The notes below the pieces were generated by a model that was not told the DNA's origin, did no database searches, and saw only the letters and a program-made list of their open reading frames with translations. From IMG/VR virus record IMGVR_UViG_3300012348_000111, positions 41,102 to 105,101 of that record: 64,000 nt of DNA, one strand, 5' to 3'. Source of the DNA: a virus. The number at the start of each line of letters is the position of its first letter. Position 1 is the stretch's first letter. Position numbers and translations under genes: made by a program. Below are positions 11,201-19,716 of this stretch, piece by piece.

Positions 11201-14200
11201 TTTTATGAAAGTCTAAGATAGTTGCAATATTAACTATCTTTAGAGCTAAGTGATCTACTTTTTCAGCTTGATTAAAGTCATCTGGGTTCTGCTCAAGTAT
11301 TTCATATTCTTCTTGATATACAGTATCTAGATATTTTACTACGTTTTGATAGACTGTCTTTACTTGTTTAGGATTAAGAAGTACGTTTACTACACTTGCG
11401 TTGTAAGGCTTAAGGATAGCATTTGCAATATCTACAAATAAGCCATCAAACTCTTCTATTGTTTTTTGTGTTTCTGTATAAGAAAGAGCAAGAGGTTGAT
11501 CATTCTCATCTAAGATAACTAGTTTAGAAGAGTAAAGCTTTTTAAAGTAAGCGTTTTGTTCGTTACGTTTATAACGAGTAATGTTTCCTTTGTAAAGCTG
11601 ATCAAAGTATTTATCTACTGTTTTTTTATCAGAGATTAAGTTAGTAATGAAGTCCCAAATCTTTTGAAAGATAGATTTAGTCTCTTTGTATTTTGCAATC
11701 TCAGAAGGTATTGTTTGTCCTCCTGTTAAAGCATATTGACGGAAAGACTCAGCAATCTTTTCTTCAAGTTCCACAAAAGGTAAATCTCCCCATATCTTAC
11801 GTGCTTCAGAATAAAGTTTTTCTTTCTGATCACCATTAAGATATAATTGAGAAAACTCATGCCATGCTTCGTGATAAGCTTCTGCATAGTTAGCACCTTC
11901 AAATAATTGAATACCTGCTTTAGACCATATAGCATATGCTTCTGGATGAGCAATGGTAGTATCAAATATAAAAGGTGTATTCTTAAATATAGGATGACTT
12001 TCTACCCAAGCTTTAGCTGCTTCGTTTTCTTGTTTGGTTATTTTGTTAGAAAGTGTTCTAGCTCTTTTTAATGAATTAGGATCTATACCTGCGTCTTCAC
12101 CTCTACCTTTTATTTGAGAATTTGCACGTTCTATTAAACTTCTTCTTTTAGATACTGGTTTATTTTCTACTACAGGTTGAGTAGATTGTTCTAAAGCAGC
12201 TAGTTCTGCGTCGTACTTATCGTCTATCTGCTGACTTGTTAGGAACTCATTAAAACCCTGGTCAATAAATTCCGTAAACTGAATAAAACTTCCTTTAGTA
12301 AATCTTAATACTTTATTATTATTTACTTTAGTAATAATTGCTTTTCCTATCTGTGCATTACTCATACCTTTAATACGAGCTAGTTTGATAAAGTCATTAA
12401 TAGCCTTTAATCCTTTTTCATACTCTTCTTGTATTTCAGAATCAGACCAATCCTTGAATACAGAATTGGGATCTGTTTCTCTATCAATTTTAGCACTATT
12501 AACGGTTACAATTACTCTAAGTCTTACACTGTTTGATTGTTCTTTTTGTCTTCTTGTTTCTATCTCAGCTTTAGCGTCTATAGATTGAGTAGATTCTTCT
12601 TTAGCTAAAGGATCTACAATGTTTTCTTCTACATCTTGAACAGACTTAGATGTTTCTGGTTGAGTAGGAACCATAGGTAAAGGTTGTTCAGCCTTTAAGG
12701 TTTTTTGCCAATCTTTTTTAACAGTGGCTCCAAAGTCAGAACTTAATACAAATTCTTTATATGTTTTGAACTCTTTAATAGTAGGTTGACCATTTACAAA
12801 CATAATTGCTTTGAATGGTTGTTCACTATTAAGTCTATTTGCAAATAAAGGTTTACGTATTTCTGTTTTAGATAAAAGTTCTTTTTGAGTAGACTTACCT
12901 ATTACTTTAGCTTTTCCTTCTGGAGTAACAGCTTTAATATTAAGTTTATCACTATCTCTATTTTTACCAATAAAGAATTGACCTTGAGGAAAGTATCTTA
13001 ATGTTTTATTTTTTCTTTCACTAAAGAAATTGTCAGCTATAAGTTCTAAAAACTCCTGCGGATCTGTAGGAAATTCTTTAGGAAGAGTTCCATTATTAAA
13101 TGCTTCAACTAGGTTAAAAAGATTACTACCCTCTACTTGAGGTAAGTCTATACGACTATAAGGATAGATAGCACCTTCTCTTTCTAGATAAACTGCTCCC
13201 TTTTCAAGAGTATATTTATTTCCAAATGGTGATTCTCTTTCTATAGTATCTGCTATATGAACATATACTTTTGATTTATCGTTTACTAAGCCAGCTAAAG
13301 GTACCGCTTTAGTCGTAGATGTTCCTTCTGTGCCAGTAATTGTAGCTAACACAGGAGTGTTGTTATTAGTAATTGCTGTTACTTGGTCTTTAGCAGGACC
13401 TGATTTTAAAGGTGTAATTAACGGTGCTCCTGTTTCAGATGTACCTATATAACCTTCAGGAGTAAAGTAAATTACTTCTCCTTCTTTATTTGTAATTATA
13501 GTTAGAGCTGCTCCTTGATTATTTACAGCTGCAGGGTTTTTAGCAAAAAAGTCAATAAAAGCTTGATCTACTATTTTGATACCATTAAAAGTAAATATAC
13601 TTTCTAGTTCTTTTTTCTGTTCTGCATTAAGTGGTTTCTTTTCGTTAATAAAAGATTCTACTCTTCCAAATCTTTCTTTAGATAGAATAGTTTTTAAAGT
13701 ATTTAAAGGTAATTGAATTAGAATAGCAACATCAGCATTTGCACCACCTCTTATTTTATTATCTATTACTTGAACAATATTTAATGCTCTTAAATTGAAT
13801 GGGTTTTCTGTTAGTCTATCCTGTCTATCTAATTCAACAATGTTTAACTGTAAAGTATTTTTATTTACAGCTTGGGTTTTATTGTCTTCTTGTTGATTAA
13901 GTTCGTTTTTATGATTAACGTTATTCTCTTCTATTTCAGATTCTGTAGGTTTACTGTCTGAAATAGTATCTCCTTCTTCTTCTTGTTTATCAACTTTTTC
14001 TTGTTCTTTAGGTGTTAGGTTATTTTTCAAACCCATCATACGAGTTTGAAAGTCTTCTAGCATTACTACAGGAAGAAAAGAAGTTCCTTCTAAACTAAAG
14101 TTAGGCTCATTAGAATAAAGAGAATCAAAAAACTTTGTAATTGCTTTCTCTTCACCTGGAAAGAATCCTAACATTGCTGCTTCAGCTTCAGCTAAAGATT

Positions 14201-17200
14201 CTATTTCGGGATTATTTATTAGGTAATCAAAGAAGTCTATTCTTACACCACTATTGAATTTACTAGTTTCTACTTTTCTATCTTCTTCAGATTCTAAAGG
14301 TACTAACTGATCTTCTAAAGATTCCTGAGTTCTTAATCTTTCGTTTCTAAATTGATTATAAATATCTTCATTTAATGGTCTTTCAGAAACTACTACAGTT
14401 TTTTCTTCTTTGGGTTCTTTACTTGATGCAGGAGTAAATCCTCTTTCAAAAGGTTTTTCTTCTTCAGTTGGTTTTGATTTTTCTTCTTTAGGTTCTTCTT
14501 TAGGTTCTTCTTTCTTCTCTTCTTTTTTACTTTCTTCAGTTTTAGAAAGTTCTTCTTTAATTTCTTTATCTGTAACAGGTTTGATATTAGCTTTATCTAG
14601 AATAGATTTATTAATATCTTTTATTACTGTTAAAGATTCTTCTGGAGTAAGACCTTTAGTAGAAAGTTCATAAAAATTATTAGCATATTCTCTATATGCT
14701 TCTAGTTGTGTTTTTTTGTTAGGGTCTGTTTCTTTTGATGCAGCATGTCTTTCTAACATATTACCTAACAATAAACGTTGAGCATCTGTTAAATGTTGAT
14801 GTGCATCTGCTTCTAACTGACCAGATTCTAATTCAGCTTGAGATAATTCAGCCGATGTCATTACAGCAACCTGTGCATCTTTAGTTTCTGGATTAGTTAA
14901 GTTAAATGAACCTTCAGCTATAGATTGATCTCTATCTAATTTCTTTCTTGTTTCTATTTCACTATTTATAAGATCAATTAAATCTTGTTCATAAAAATTT
15001 TGAAGTTGTGGTCCTGATGTTGGTACAAAAGGTGCGTTAATAGCTTCTTGTCTTTTAGATCCTTTATATTGTTGTAAGAAAGGTATAAAGTTTGTTTTTG
15101 CTAATTCGAGTTCAAGAAGTGTTAATTTTTCAGGAGACTCTTCTAGTAGTTGTTGAAAACCATCTAACCTATCTGCAACTGTAGCCTCTACTTCTGTTAT
15201 AAACTTATCATATTCAGCACTTATAAAGTCTTGTCTTTCATCTTCTGGAGATACTAGAACTCTATTTACAGCTGTTTGATTTAATGTGTTTACAAGCGTT
15301 GTTAGGCTATTATCTGAACTAGTGGCCGTCTTAGCTTGTTTAGCAAACATATTAGAGATAATGCCTTTCTTTTCTTGTTCAGTAAGACCTACGTATTTTT
15401 CAATTCTTTTTTTAGAATTAAGAACAACATCGCTAGCATCTGAAAGTTGTTTTTCGTAAGCTGCTATTTGTTCAGGTGTAAAAGTAGAAGTATCAATAGA
15501 AAGTAAATCTTCTATGTCTTCTACACTATTAAAGTAATTGAACTGTGCGTCTCTATCGTCTAATAGTGTAGAAATATTCTTTAAAGAGTTTATATCTGTA
15601 ATAGAGTCTAATCTTGTTTTTAATCCGTTTACAGCTGCTGTTCTTTCTACAGCCTGTTCTTTGGTTAATTTACCGTTTTGAACTTGTTTGTTAATAAACG
15701 AAAGATATTGTTCAGGATTATTAGCTATATCCCATCTGGCTTGACTTCTTCTAGAACGAGAATCAAATGCTGCTGGAACACCAGAAATAAACAATGAAGG
15801 AATAAATCCACTTACAAATGTTTCTAATCCATTCTGTAAAGTAAGATCGTTTGATTCTTCTACTGTAAAGTCTTTACTTGCAGCATACTTATCTACAAAG
15901 TAATTACCTAGTAATGAAAATTCTTCTTCTAATGATTCCTGAACTGCACCAGATAAGGTTTTTCTAATAGCTGATGGTGCTACAAGTAAAGCAGCTTTAG
16001 TTGGTGATATTGCGTTTTTGGGCAATAGTCCTAATAATACATCACGATTGTAAGTCATTCGTGAAAAGTTAGTAGGATCTAATTTACCAGCTTTCTTAAG
16101 TAACCCGTCTAAAGGACCTAAACTTCTATCGGCTTTAAAGAAATCAGTATCGGGAATTATAGTTTCTGATAAAGCTTCTACACCAGATCTAAGCAAAGCT
16201 ACATTACGAGCATCTCCATCATTTTTAAAGTTGTTTCTTTCTTCTGCATAAAATCTAGGAAATGTAGTAGCGAATGTATTACCAAAAGTAGATATCCTTG
16301 GAGCTACTTCTTTTAAAAATGTTTTTTGAGCAGTAGTAGATAGTCCAGCTGACTTACTTATATTAGACCAAGAAAGATTCATTCCTCTACCTGCAGCACC
16401 TACACCTCTACTTAACAGAATTGTTTGAGCCACATCAATAGCTATAGGAAGTGTTTGTTCAGTTGCTGCTGATAAGTTCCAATGACCTTCTCCTTTTTCA
16501 TCTACCCAATGTACATTAGATACATATATAGGATTGTCTTGAGAATCTTTAATTACTTCATTAGATTCTATTAATGAGTTTTTATTTAAATCATTTACTC
16601 TACGATACTGTGGAGGAGCAAACGATTTAGCACCTAAGTTAAATCCAAATGCACCTACTTTATCTCCTGTTAAAGCTGCTATACCTGCTACTTGATTTGT
16701 AGCATTAGAAAGCATTTGTTCACCACCTCTATATGCAATACTTTTAGCTTTTCTAAGAGGGTGTTGATACCAGCTACTTGTCGCTAAATCATTATAAAGA
16801 ATTTCTGATTTTTCTTTCTTTACTTCTTCTCTATATAGTTCAGGATAAGATAGCTTGTAAAATTCTTTTTTGTCCTGAAGTGGTTCAAGCTTTTTACTTA
16901 GATCTTTAGTGAAGAGTAGGTTTTCTTCAAGCTGTTTCTTTTGGTTTAAAACATTTTGATTATTAGGATCTTTTTCAAGTTGTTGATTTACTTCAATTAA
17001 AGATTGAGATAGTTCTTGTTCTTTATTTTTAGCAGCTACACCCATTAAATTAGTGTAGTTGTAGTTTATGTTTGCTAATTCAGTAACATATTCTTTTTGA
17101 GACTGTACACCTATCTTACCTCCTATACTTTGAGTAATAGGATTTACAGACATAAATTTTGCAAAAGTACTAGAACTAAATATAGGAGAAAGTTCTAAAG

Positions 17201-18020
17201 AACTATTTTTAACAGCATTAAGATTTTCAGTATTATATACAAATGACCCTGGCACATAAGACTGAACATCTAACATATCAGTTAAAAGTTTTTGTTTACT
17301 TTCAGTATCGTTAGGATCTATACCTATATTGTAGGCAAAGTTGTACGCATTACTGGTAGCATTAGCTTGATTAATTTGATTAAGAAAACTTTGTTTTTGG
17401 TTTTTATCAGTACTTTCTAAAAACTTATTAAAGTTTTGTTCAGCAAAACCATAAACTTTTTTATCATTATAATATCTAGTTAAATCAGTATATTCTTTTT
17501 GAAGTTTTTCTCTTGCTTCATCAGATAATAGTCCTGAACCATATGCTTTTTGAAAATAAGTTTTTAGTTCTGTTAATGCGTTTAGATCACCTTCTTCTAA
17601 CTTACGACTTAATACACCAGCTACTGTTCCAAAAGAAGATTTAGTTTTAGGATCTAAAGATATTTTATCAAGATTGATAGTTTCAAAGTTTCTATCTTGA
17701 GTACCCATAAGTAAACCAGACCCTCCTATAGAACCACTTAAACTTTCAGTTCTTGTAGCAATTTTTTTATTATTAGGATTAGATAGTAACCCTTGTTGAT
17801 TGTCTACTAAATAATTTTTTTCTAATATATCAGATATACTTGAAACATAATCATTTTGTTTTATGGGCTGTTGTAGTGATTGTCTATTGTATTCTGAAAT
17901 TTGATTTATTTCATTGATTCCGCTAACAAGTCCTAATCTAGATTGTTCAGCTGTTTTACCTGTTTCAGCAATTGATAGGGCATCAATTTTTTGTAGAAAT
18001 AAACTTTTATCGCTTGGCAT
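5283..18020 (-). CDS. Giant virion-packaged RNA polymerase (crAss-type) with zincin domain
   Basis: 4245 aa. RIPGQ and GSDYDIDKLF (~7750-7775) match the crAss vRNAP catalytic DxDxD motif. YHEAWH...EEKIAE zincin at ~11860. Confidence 0.9.
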   Translation of the reverse strand: MPSDKSLFLQKIDALSIAETGKTAEQSRLGLVSGINEINQISEYNRQSLQQPIKQNDYVSSISDILEKNYLVDNQQGLLSNPNNKKIATRTESLSGSIGGSGLLMGTQDRNFETINLDKISLDPKTKSSFGTVAGVLSRKLEEGDLNALTELKTYFQKAYGSGLLSDEAREKLQKEYTDLTRYYNDKKVYGFAEQNFNKFLESTDKNQKQSFLNQINQANATSNAYNFAYNIGIDPNDTESKQKLLTDMLDVQSYVPGSFVYNTENLNAVKNSSLELSPIFSSSTFAKFMSVNPITQSIGGKIGVQSQKEYVTELANINYNYTNLMGVAAKNKEQELSQSLIEVNQQLEKDPNNQNVLNQKKQLEENLLFTKDLSKKLEPLQDKKEFYKLSYPELYREEVKKEKSEILYNDLATSSWYQHPLRKAKSIAYRGGEQMLSNATNQVAGIAALTGDKVGAFGFNLGAKSFAPPQYRRVNDLNKNSLIESNEVIKDSQDNPIYVSNVHWVDEKGEGHWNLSAATEQTLPIAIDVAQTILLSRGVGAAGRGMNLSWSNISKSAGLSTTAQKTFLKEVAPRISTFGNTFATTFPRFYAEERNNFKNDGDARNVALLRSGVEALSETIIPDTDFFKADRSLGPLDGLLKKAGKLDPTNFSRMTYNRDVLLGLLPKNAISPTKAALLVAPSAIRKTLSGAVQESLEEEFSLLGNYFVDKYAASKDFTVEESNDLTLQNGLETFVSGFIPSLFISGVPAAFDSRSRRSQARWDIANNPEQYLSFINKQVQNGKLTKEQAVERTAAVNGLKTRLDSITDINSLKNISTLLDDRDAQFNYFNSVEDIEDLLSIDTSTFTPEQIAAYEKQLSDASDVVLNSKKRIEKYVGLTEQEKKGIISNMFAKQAKTATSSDNSLTTLVNTLNQTAVNRVLVSPEDERQDFISAEYDKFITEVEATVADRLDGFQQLLEESPEKLTLLELELAKTNFIPFLQQYKGSKRQEAINAPFVPTSGPQLQNFYEQDLIDLINSEIETRKKLDRDQSIAEGSFNLTNPETKDAQVAVMTSAELSQAELESGQLEADAHQHLTDAQRLLLGNMLERHAASKETDPNKKTQLEAYREYANNFYELSTKGLTPEESLTVIKDINKSILDKANIKPVTDKEIKEELSKTEESKKEEKKEEPKEEPKEEKSKPTEEEKPFERGFTPASSKEPKEEKTVVVSERPLNEDIYNQFRNERLRTQESLEDQLVPLESEEDRKVETSKFNSGVRIDFFDYLINNPEIESLAEAEAAMLGFFPGEEKAITKFFDSLYSNEPNFSLEGTSFLPVVMLEDFQTRMMGLKNNLTPKEQEKVDKQEEEGDTISDSKPTESEIEENNVNHKNELNQQEDNKTQAVNKNTLQLNIVELDRQDRLTENPFNLRALNIVQVIDNKIRGGANADVAILIQLPLNTLKTILSKERFGRVESFINEKKPLNAEQKKELESIFTFNGIKIVDQAFIDFFAKNPAAVNNQGAALTIITNKEGEVIYFTPEGYIGTSETGAPLITPLKSGPAKDQVTAITNNNTPVLATITGTEGTSTTKAVPLAGLVNDKSKVYVHIADTIERESPFGNKYTLEKGAVYLEREGAIYPYSRIDLPQVEGSNLFNLVEAFNNGTLPKEFPTDPQEFLELIADNFFSERKNKTLRYFPQGQFFIGKNRDSDKLNIKAVTPEGKAKVIGKSTQKELLSKTEIRKPLFANRLNSEQPFKAIMFVNGQPTIKEFKTYKEFVLSSDFGATVKKDWQKTLKAEQPLPMVPTQPETSKSVQDVEENIVDPLAKEESTQSIDAKAEIETRRQKEQSNSVRLRVIVTVNSAKIDRETDPNSVFKDWSDSEIQEEYEKGLKAINDFIKLARIKGMSNAQIGKAIITKVNNNKVLRFTKGSFIQFTEFIDQGFNEFLTSQQIDDKYDAELAALEQSTQPVVENKPVSKRRSLIERANSQIKGRGEDAGIDPNSLKRARTLSNKITKQENEAAKAWVESHPIFKNTPFIFDTTIAHPEAYAIWSKAGIQLFEGANYAEAYHEAWHEFSQLYLNGDQKEKLYSEARKIWGDLPFVELEEKIAESFRQYALTGGQTIPSEIAKYKETKSIFQKIWDFITNLISDKKTVDKYFDQLYKGNITRYKRNEQNAYFKKLYSSKLVILDENDQPLALSYTETQKTIEEFDGLFVDIANAILKPYNASVVNVLLNPKQVKTVYQNVVKYLDTVYQEEYEILEQNPDDFNQAEKVDHLALKIVNIATILDFHKNNSTLFDNKIKSTNILNAIDEVLNEPENEGIGEFEKSIEEMSQKDMASDVIINAIRTLPRYEGTEKVTDPVLGFALLGDFESNWTILQRELTGLNTYNEMYNKIKEVAVKFPQFNTFLDYLPKADNTITRITDLAFKVQFFNLFTMPYIDGSTVKIERDDKGNITETKVLKALSLDAVQLRSQLDSDFYTEAGPFKVLTTNGSYALNTEEFFSMFEKTPSIPTGDPDALRGFYDQVYLQLQALGLNYTSLGLESLRTEKPETVIQNLNLIRTKLKSLSDVGTPMLTPLGLISKEHKTETGKIKSEVSAVNYFLNLEIDANPTYANDMRYNAVGKQIWSVNQHTYMTKVLSILNDSTNYKTLEDVEKEIPHLNQAMNTNARGSWVLKYLFNVAGNRIVENGKPRKVEIVNLLGIEDGFDGEKTIDSLSSMKHYADIVGLLNGGVEELNRLSGKSTTRGIGLDLSARKFLGLAKSDNIEYTFTKENEVRIDFRLFSQFILPILKSEIDTQNSKVNQNLFKSKLENVKLAYFEKIIDSPDLKQSLINDLKELPANTTLEDAFLKLSYAQEVYSKFNEYLNNNVEVSQDTLAGYNLSNEQLAKYHFYSFVMRVEQHKLFFNHPYYYKNAKDIEKRLSAWNAYGTYTNMDRTTVAALNNVENDSYAQEKAFQQYAIENNLPINVLPKDPTKLSYLVFNDNPVVSETAQSSAYDKVRDAYTKDKDSKAQDAASVATMDFFRRFYATSTGITLDMEEEFTRQNNIWSTYLQLKNANQYEAVMLQRQLDNLLNQKPKFKFSVKKLQYAGNNQSIFGPSIPIFHKYSVKPLLPSEAVTNPRAADILFKLYASGADYGVFSSGTKIAETVPAIDLFKDGQVDTAPSAPGIIEIKYLKEQVIVENKESFQNIFSSQLRKLIYKDATTNAELEAYELYRNYVKNLVEYDSNEFLEKLDNKEKLVEFIVGELSRKGAAQATKDLIQIKEDGKLQYLLDALVDRTVMESAIVSSVKNKVIRQKVNGAQRVQFPVSLMSDRKLKYYDLKDGKVTKAEIMISFSKLYYPLFNLEYNGSPIGELNAKGEPINPHTALKRLNEALNDPAFRKQYERQLNIVAIRIPGQGYNSIESFEIVEFLPEETGDIILVPDEMVVKSGSDYDIDKLFCYDPFIEADGSVMTNNLTPKEAFARKKQLALDIQTNKEIVKEYLEEKQNTLNEIEEFLKSKNISSVSEVYKQLKQLRAEKFEGDVEVDEEMDAKQMLLDKFKNGLSRKEILEKNLSKDQKAKLAERKAKLKNLSSILQDYSETKLSFRLQEANDALAEIYQELTDSKNELKAIRNRFSNNILFNMSDRLTNEEIFEDLITPNSISEIEKAADGLTKNPTNEANYTNIVNPNYQLYVFSLNTYKKALGTDAKNNVLHSILQKAKLTIVDKQANSRYVLPANRVEGNLTFEGTKDTKGKPISLVQGQMISAHVDIEKDDRIALINFNNVVTPIVNYATMLGTPFEAMVNLVNMSSEKGKDSLIAQYSKLNDFGSIMNIVEQIQDPTIKNIVQKSRSKFGYSEKKFINLTIGGLVEKYDTETILKGLFKENVISDVYRLGLFLEMKNQADKVRRLSANTDFDTLSPQNFESLRANDGELLKLKEEKFFEEEAFDKVIFESVVSPFQVQTSVLDKFVEIFPVSASKTVTDGIVKLHQQYAKKNKFLQYETLSRVFKNDFLYSMYINEVPNIIQYESLLDKRNSKNLKAQYEYLKKKLAEKKITSQNRIFDLVRFNTDEKSNFLRTGLKQNSFDYSVDFYREQFNQGFNYSHPQLDPVVDTQLIENMQTFFKNFAYAGILGSQLNKKFDSYLPLIPEQIYTYPMSTVLENFANLSEEEQRAKLSEFTKRFRENHPEFAKVKDINPDLNFYKDYVLSRPNITPSKSNGETITKVDEEVDTATTETQSTTPISIVSEQLDLSAEYNQAAQDSFMSIRNKNKKNKDNC

Positions 18021-18053
18021 ATGTAAATGTAAATATAACTTTAAATTTTGATT

Positions 18054-19709
18054 TTAAGATTCGTCAGATTTTCTTTTTCTTCCTGAGAATGTTTCTATTG
18101 TGTTTGTTTGAGCTAAAGATTCTATATTTTTTAAACTAGATATAGGAATTGAAAGTAAATCATTTCCTGTTGCCATTTGAGTATCACCGTCTTTAAAGTT
18201 AACTACAAATGTTCTATTAGCTAATTGACTTGTATATTGATTTAAAGTTTTTTCATAATCTTTAATTTGAACAGAAGTTAAATCAGATTTATTTTGTAAA
18301 GCATCAATTGCTTCTTCAACATCCTCATTTATTATACCTTTATTTAAAAACTTAAAGAATTGAACAACAGCTTGTTTTTGATTTGTTGGAGCAACTCTAG
18401 TTGCTTCTTTACCCGCAATAACATCACCTAATACAAATTTGTCTATATCCATGTTAACTGTAGGATCTGAAAGAACCTGAGGAATTACAATTAGATCTTG
18501 AGTAGAAACATTACCCATGTTCCAAAGGGTTTCTTTTTTCTTTAGTAAGTTTTCAGGTTTAGCTGATTCTAATCTAGCTTTTACTTTTTCTTTTTCAATA
18601 TCTAAGTTATTTTTCAAAACTTCAAGATTTTGTTTTTGAACTACATCCCAAACTTTATCATCTTTAAGATCTCTAGATACTTTTTGAGTAGTGTAAAGGT
18701 TAGCTAAATTAGTTACAAATTGATTTTGATATGTTTCAAAATAATCATTTGGATTGAATTCTTCAAACTTTTTAGATGAATTTTGTTTAGCTCCTAAATA
18801 GTATTGAGATAGAACTTGAACGTTTTGTTTAGCGGCATCGATTTCTTTTTGTACAGAAGGTGATTTAACTCTAGCATTAGATGCTTCTAATATCGCAAGT
18901 TGCTCTTTTGCATTAGTAAGACTTTCATCAATAGCAACCATTTTAGTTGTTTGATCTTCTATGTACGACTGATATGCTCTCTGTGGTCCTAAAGCATTAT
19001 AATAATACTCTGTGTCTATTTGAAGTTGTCTAGCTGCTTTTGGATCAGTTGAAAGCATACCTTTGACTTTATTTGCTAACTGTGTTGTATTAAAACCCTG
19101 TTGAGTTATTTTTTCTATGTATCCAGTAGGTGTTCCTTCACCAACAGTATAGAATTCGTTTTGTTCTTCTTTAGATAATGTTTTAACAAAATCAAAAACC
19201 TTTTCAGAAATATCATAAAACTCATCGTATTCTTTGTCTTGCAAAGATATACCTAATTTATTAGCACTTAAATAATCATTAACATCTTTAGTATAAAACC
19301 AATCGTTAGTAGCAGATCTTTTAGAAGAATCTAACTCAGATAATGTTTTTTGTCTTTTCTGAATTATTCTACCATTTTTTACAGCATTGATAATGTTTCT
19401 GTCTTTTTCTAAAGGTTTACCTATACCAAGAACCGATTGAACATTTGCTTTTTTTGAAAAATCTAAACCAGCACTATCGTTAACAGCTTTAACCATGCTA
19501 GTCATGGTTTCATCAAAGTACTGTTGTTCAATAGGAGTATAGATTTGATTTCTTAACTCACTGTAAGCATCTATTTGTGACTGTACTTGAGTTACTCCTT
19601 CATCAAACATTTGTTGCTTATATAAAGCAACTTTAATTAAGTCTTCAGCTGGTAGTGGAGATATATAATCTGGGTATTCGAATTTCGTATGATTTGCAGA
19701 AATTGCCAT
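18054..19709 (-). CDS. Virion cargo/ejection protein
   Basis: 551 aa, helical/coiled-coil; lies between the cargo-1-like gene and the vRNAP, as in Crassvirales. Confidence 0.6.
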   Translation of the reverse strand: MAISANHTKFEYPDYISPLPAEDLIKVALYKQQMFDEGVTQVQSQIDAYSELRNQIYTPIEQQYFDETMTSMVKAVNDSAGLDFSKKANVQSVLGIGKPLEKDRNIINAVKNGRIIQKRQKTLSELDSSKRSATNDWFYTKDVNDYLSANKLGISLQDKEYDEFYDISEKVFDFVKTLSKEEQNEFYTVGEGTPTGYIEKITQQGFNTTQLANKVKGMLSTDPKAARQLQIDTEYYYNALGPQRAYQSYIEDQTTKMVAIDESLTNAKEQLAILEASNARVKSPSVQKEIDAAKQNVQVLSQYYLGAKQNSSKKFEEFNPNDYFETYQNQFVTNLANLYTTQKVSRDLKDDKVWDVVQKQNLEVLKNNLDIEKEKVKARLESAKPENLLKKKETLWNMGNVSTQDLIVIPQVLSDPTVNMDIDKFVLGDVIAGKEATRVAPTNQKQAVVQFFKFLNKGIINEDVEEAIDALQNKSDLTSVQIKDYEKTLNQYTSQLANRTFVVNFKDGDTQMATGNDLLSIPISSLKNIESLAQTNTIETFSGRKRKSDES

Positions 19710-19716
19710 AGGTTGT

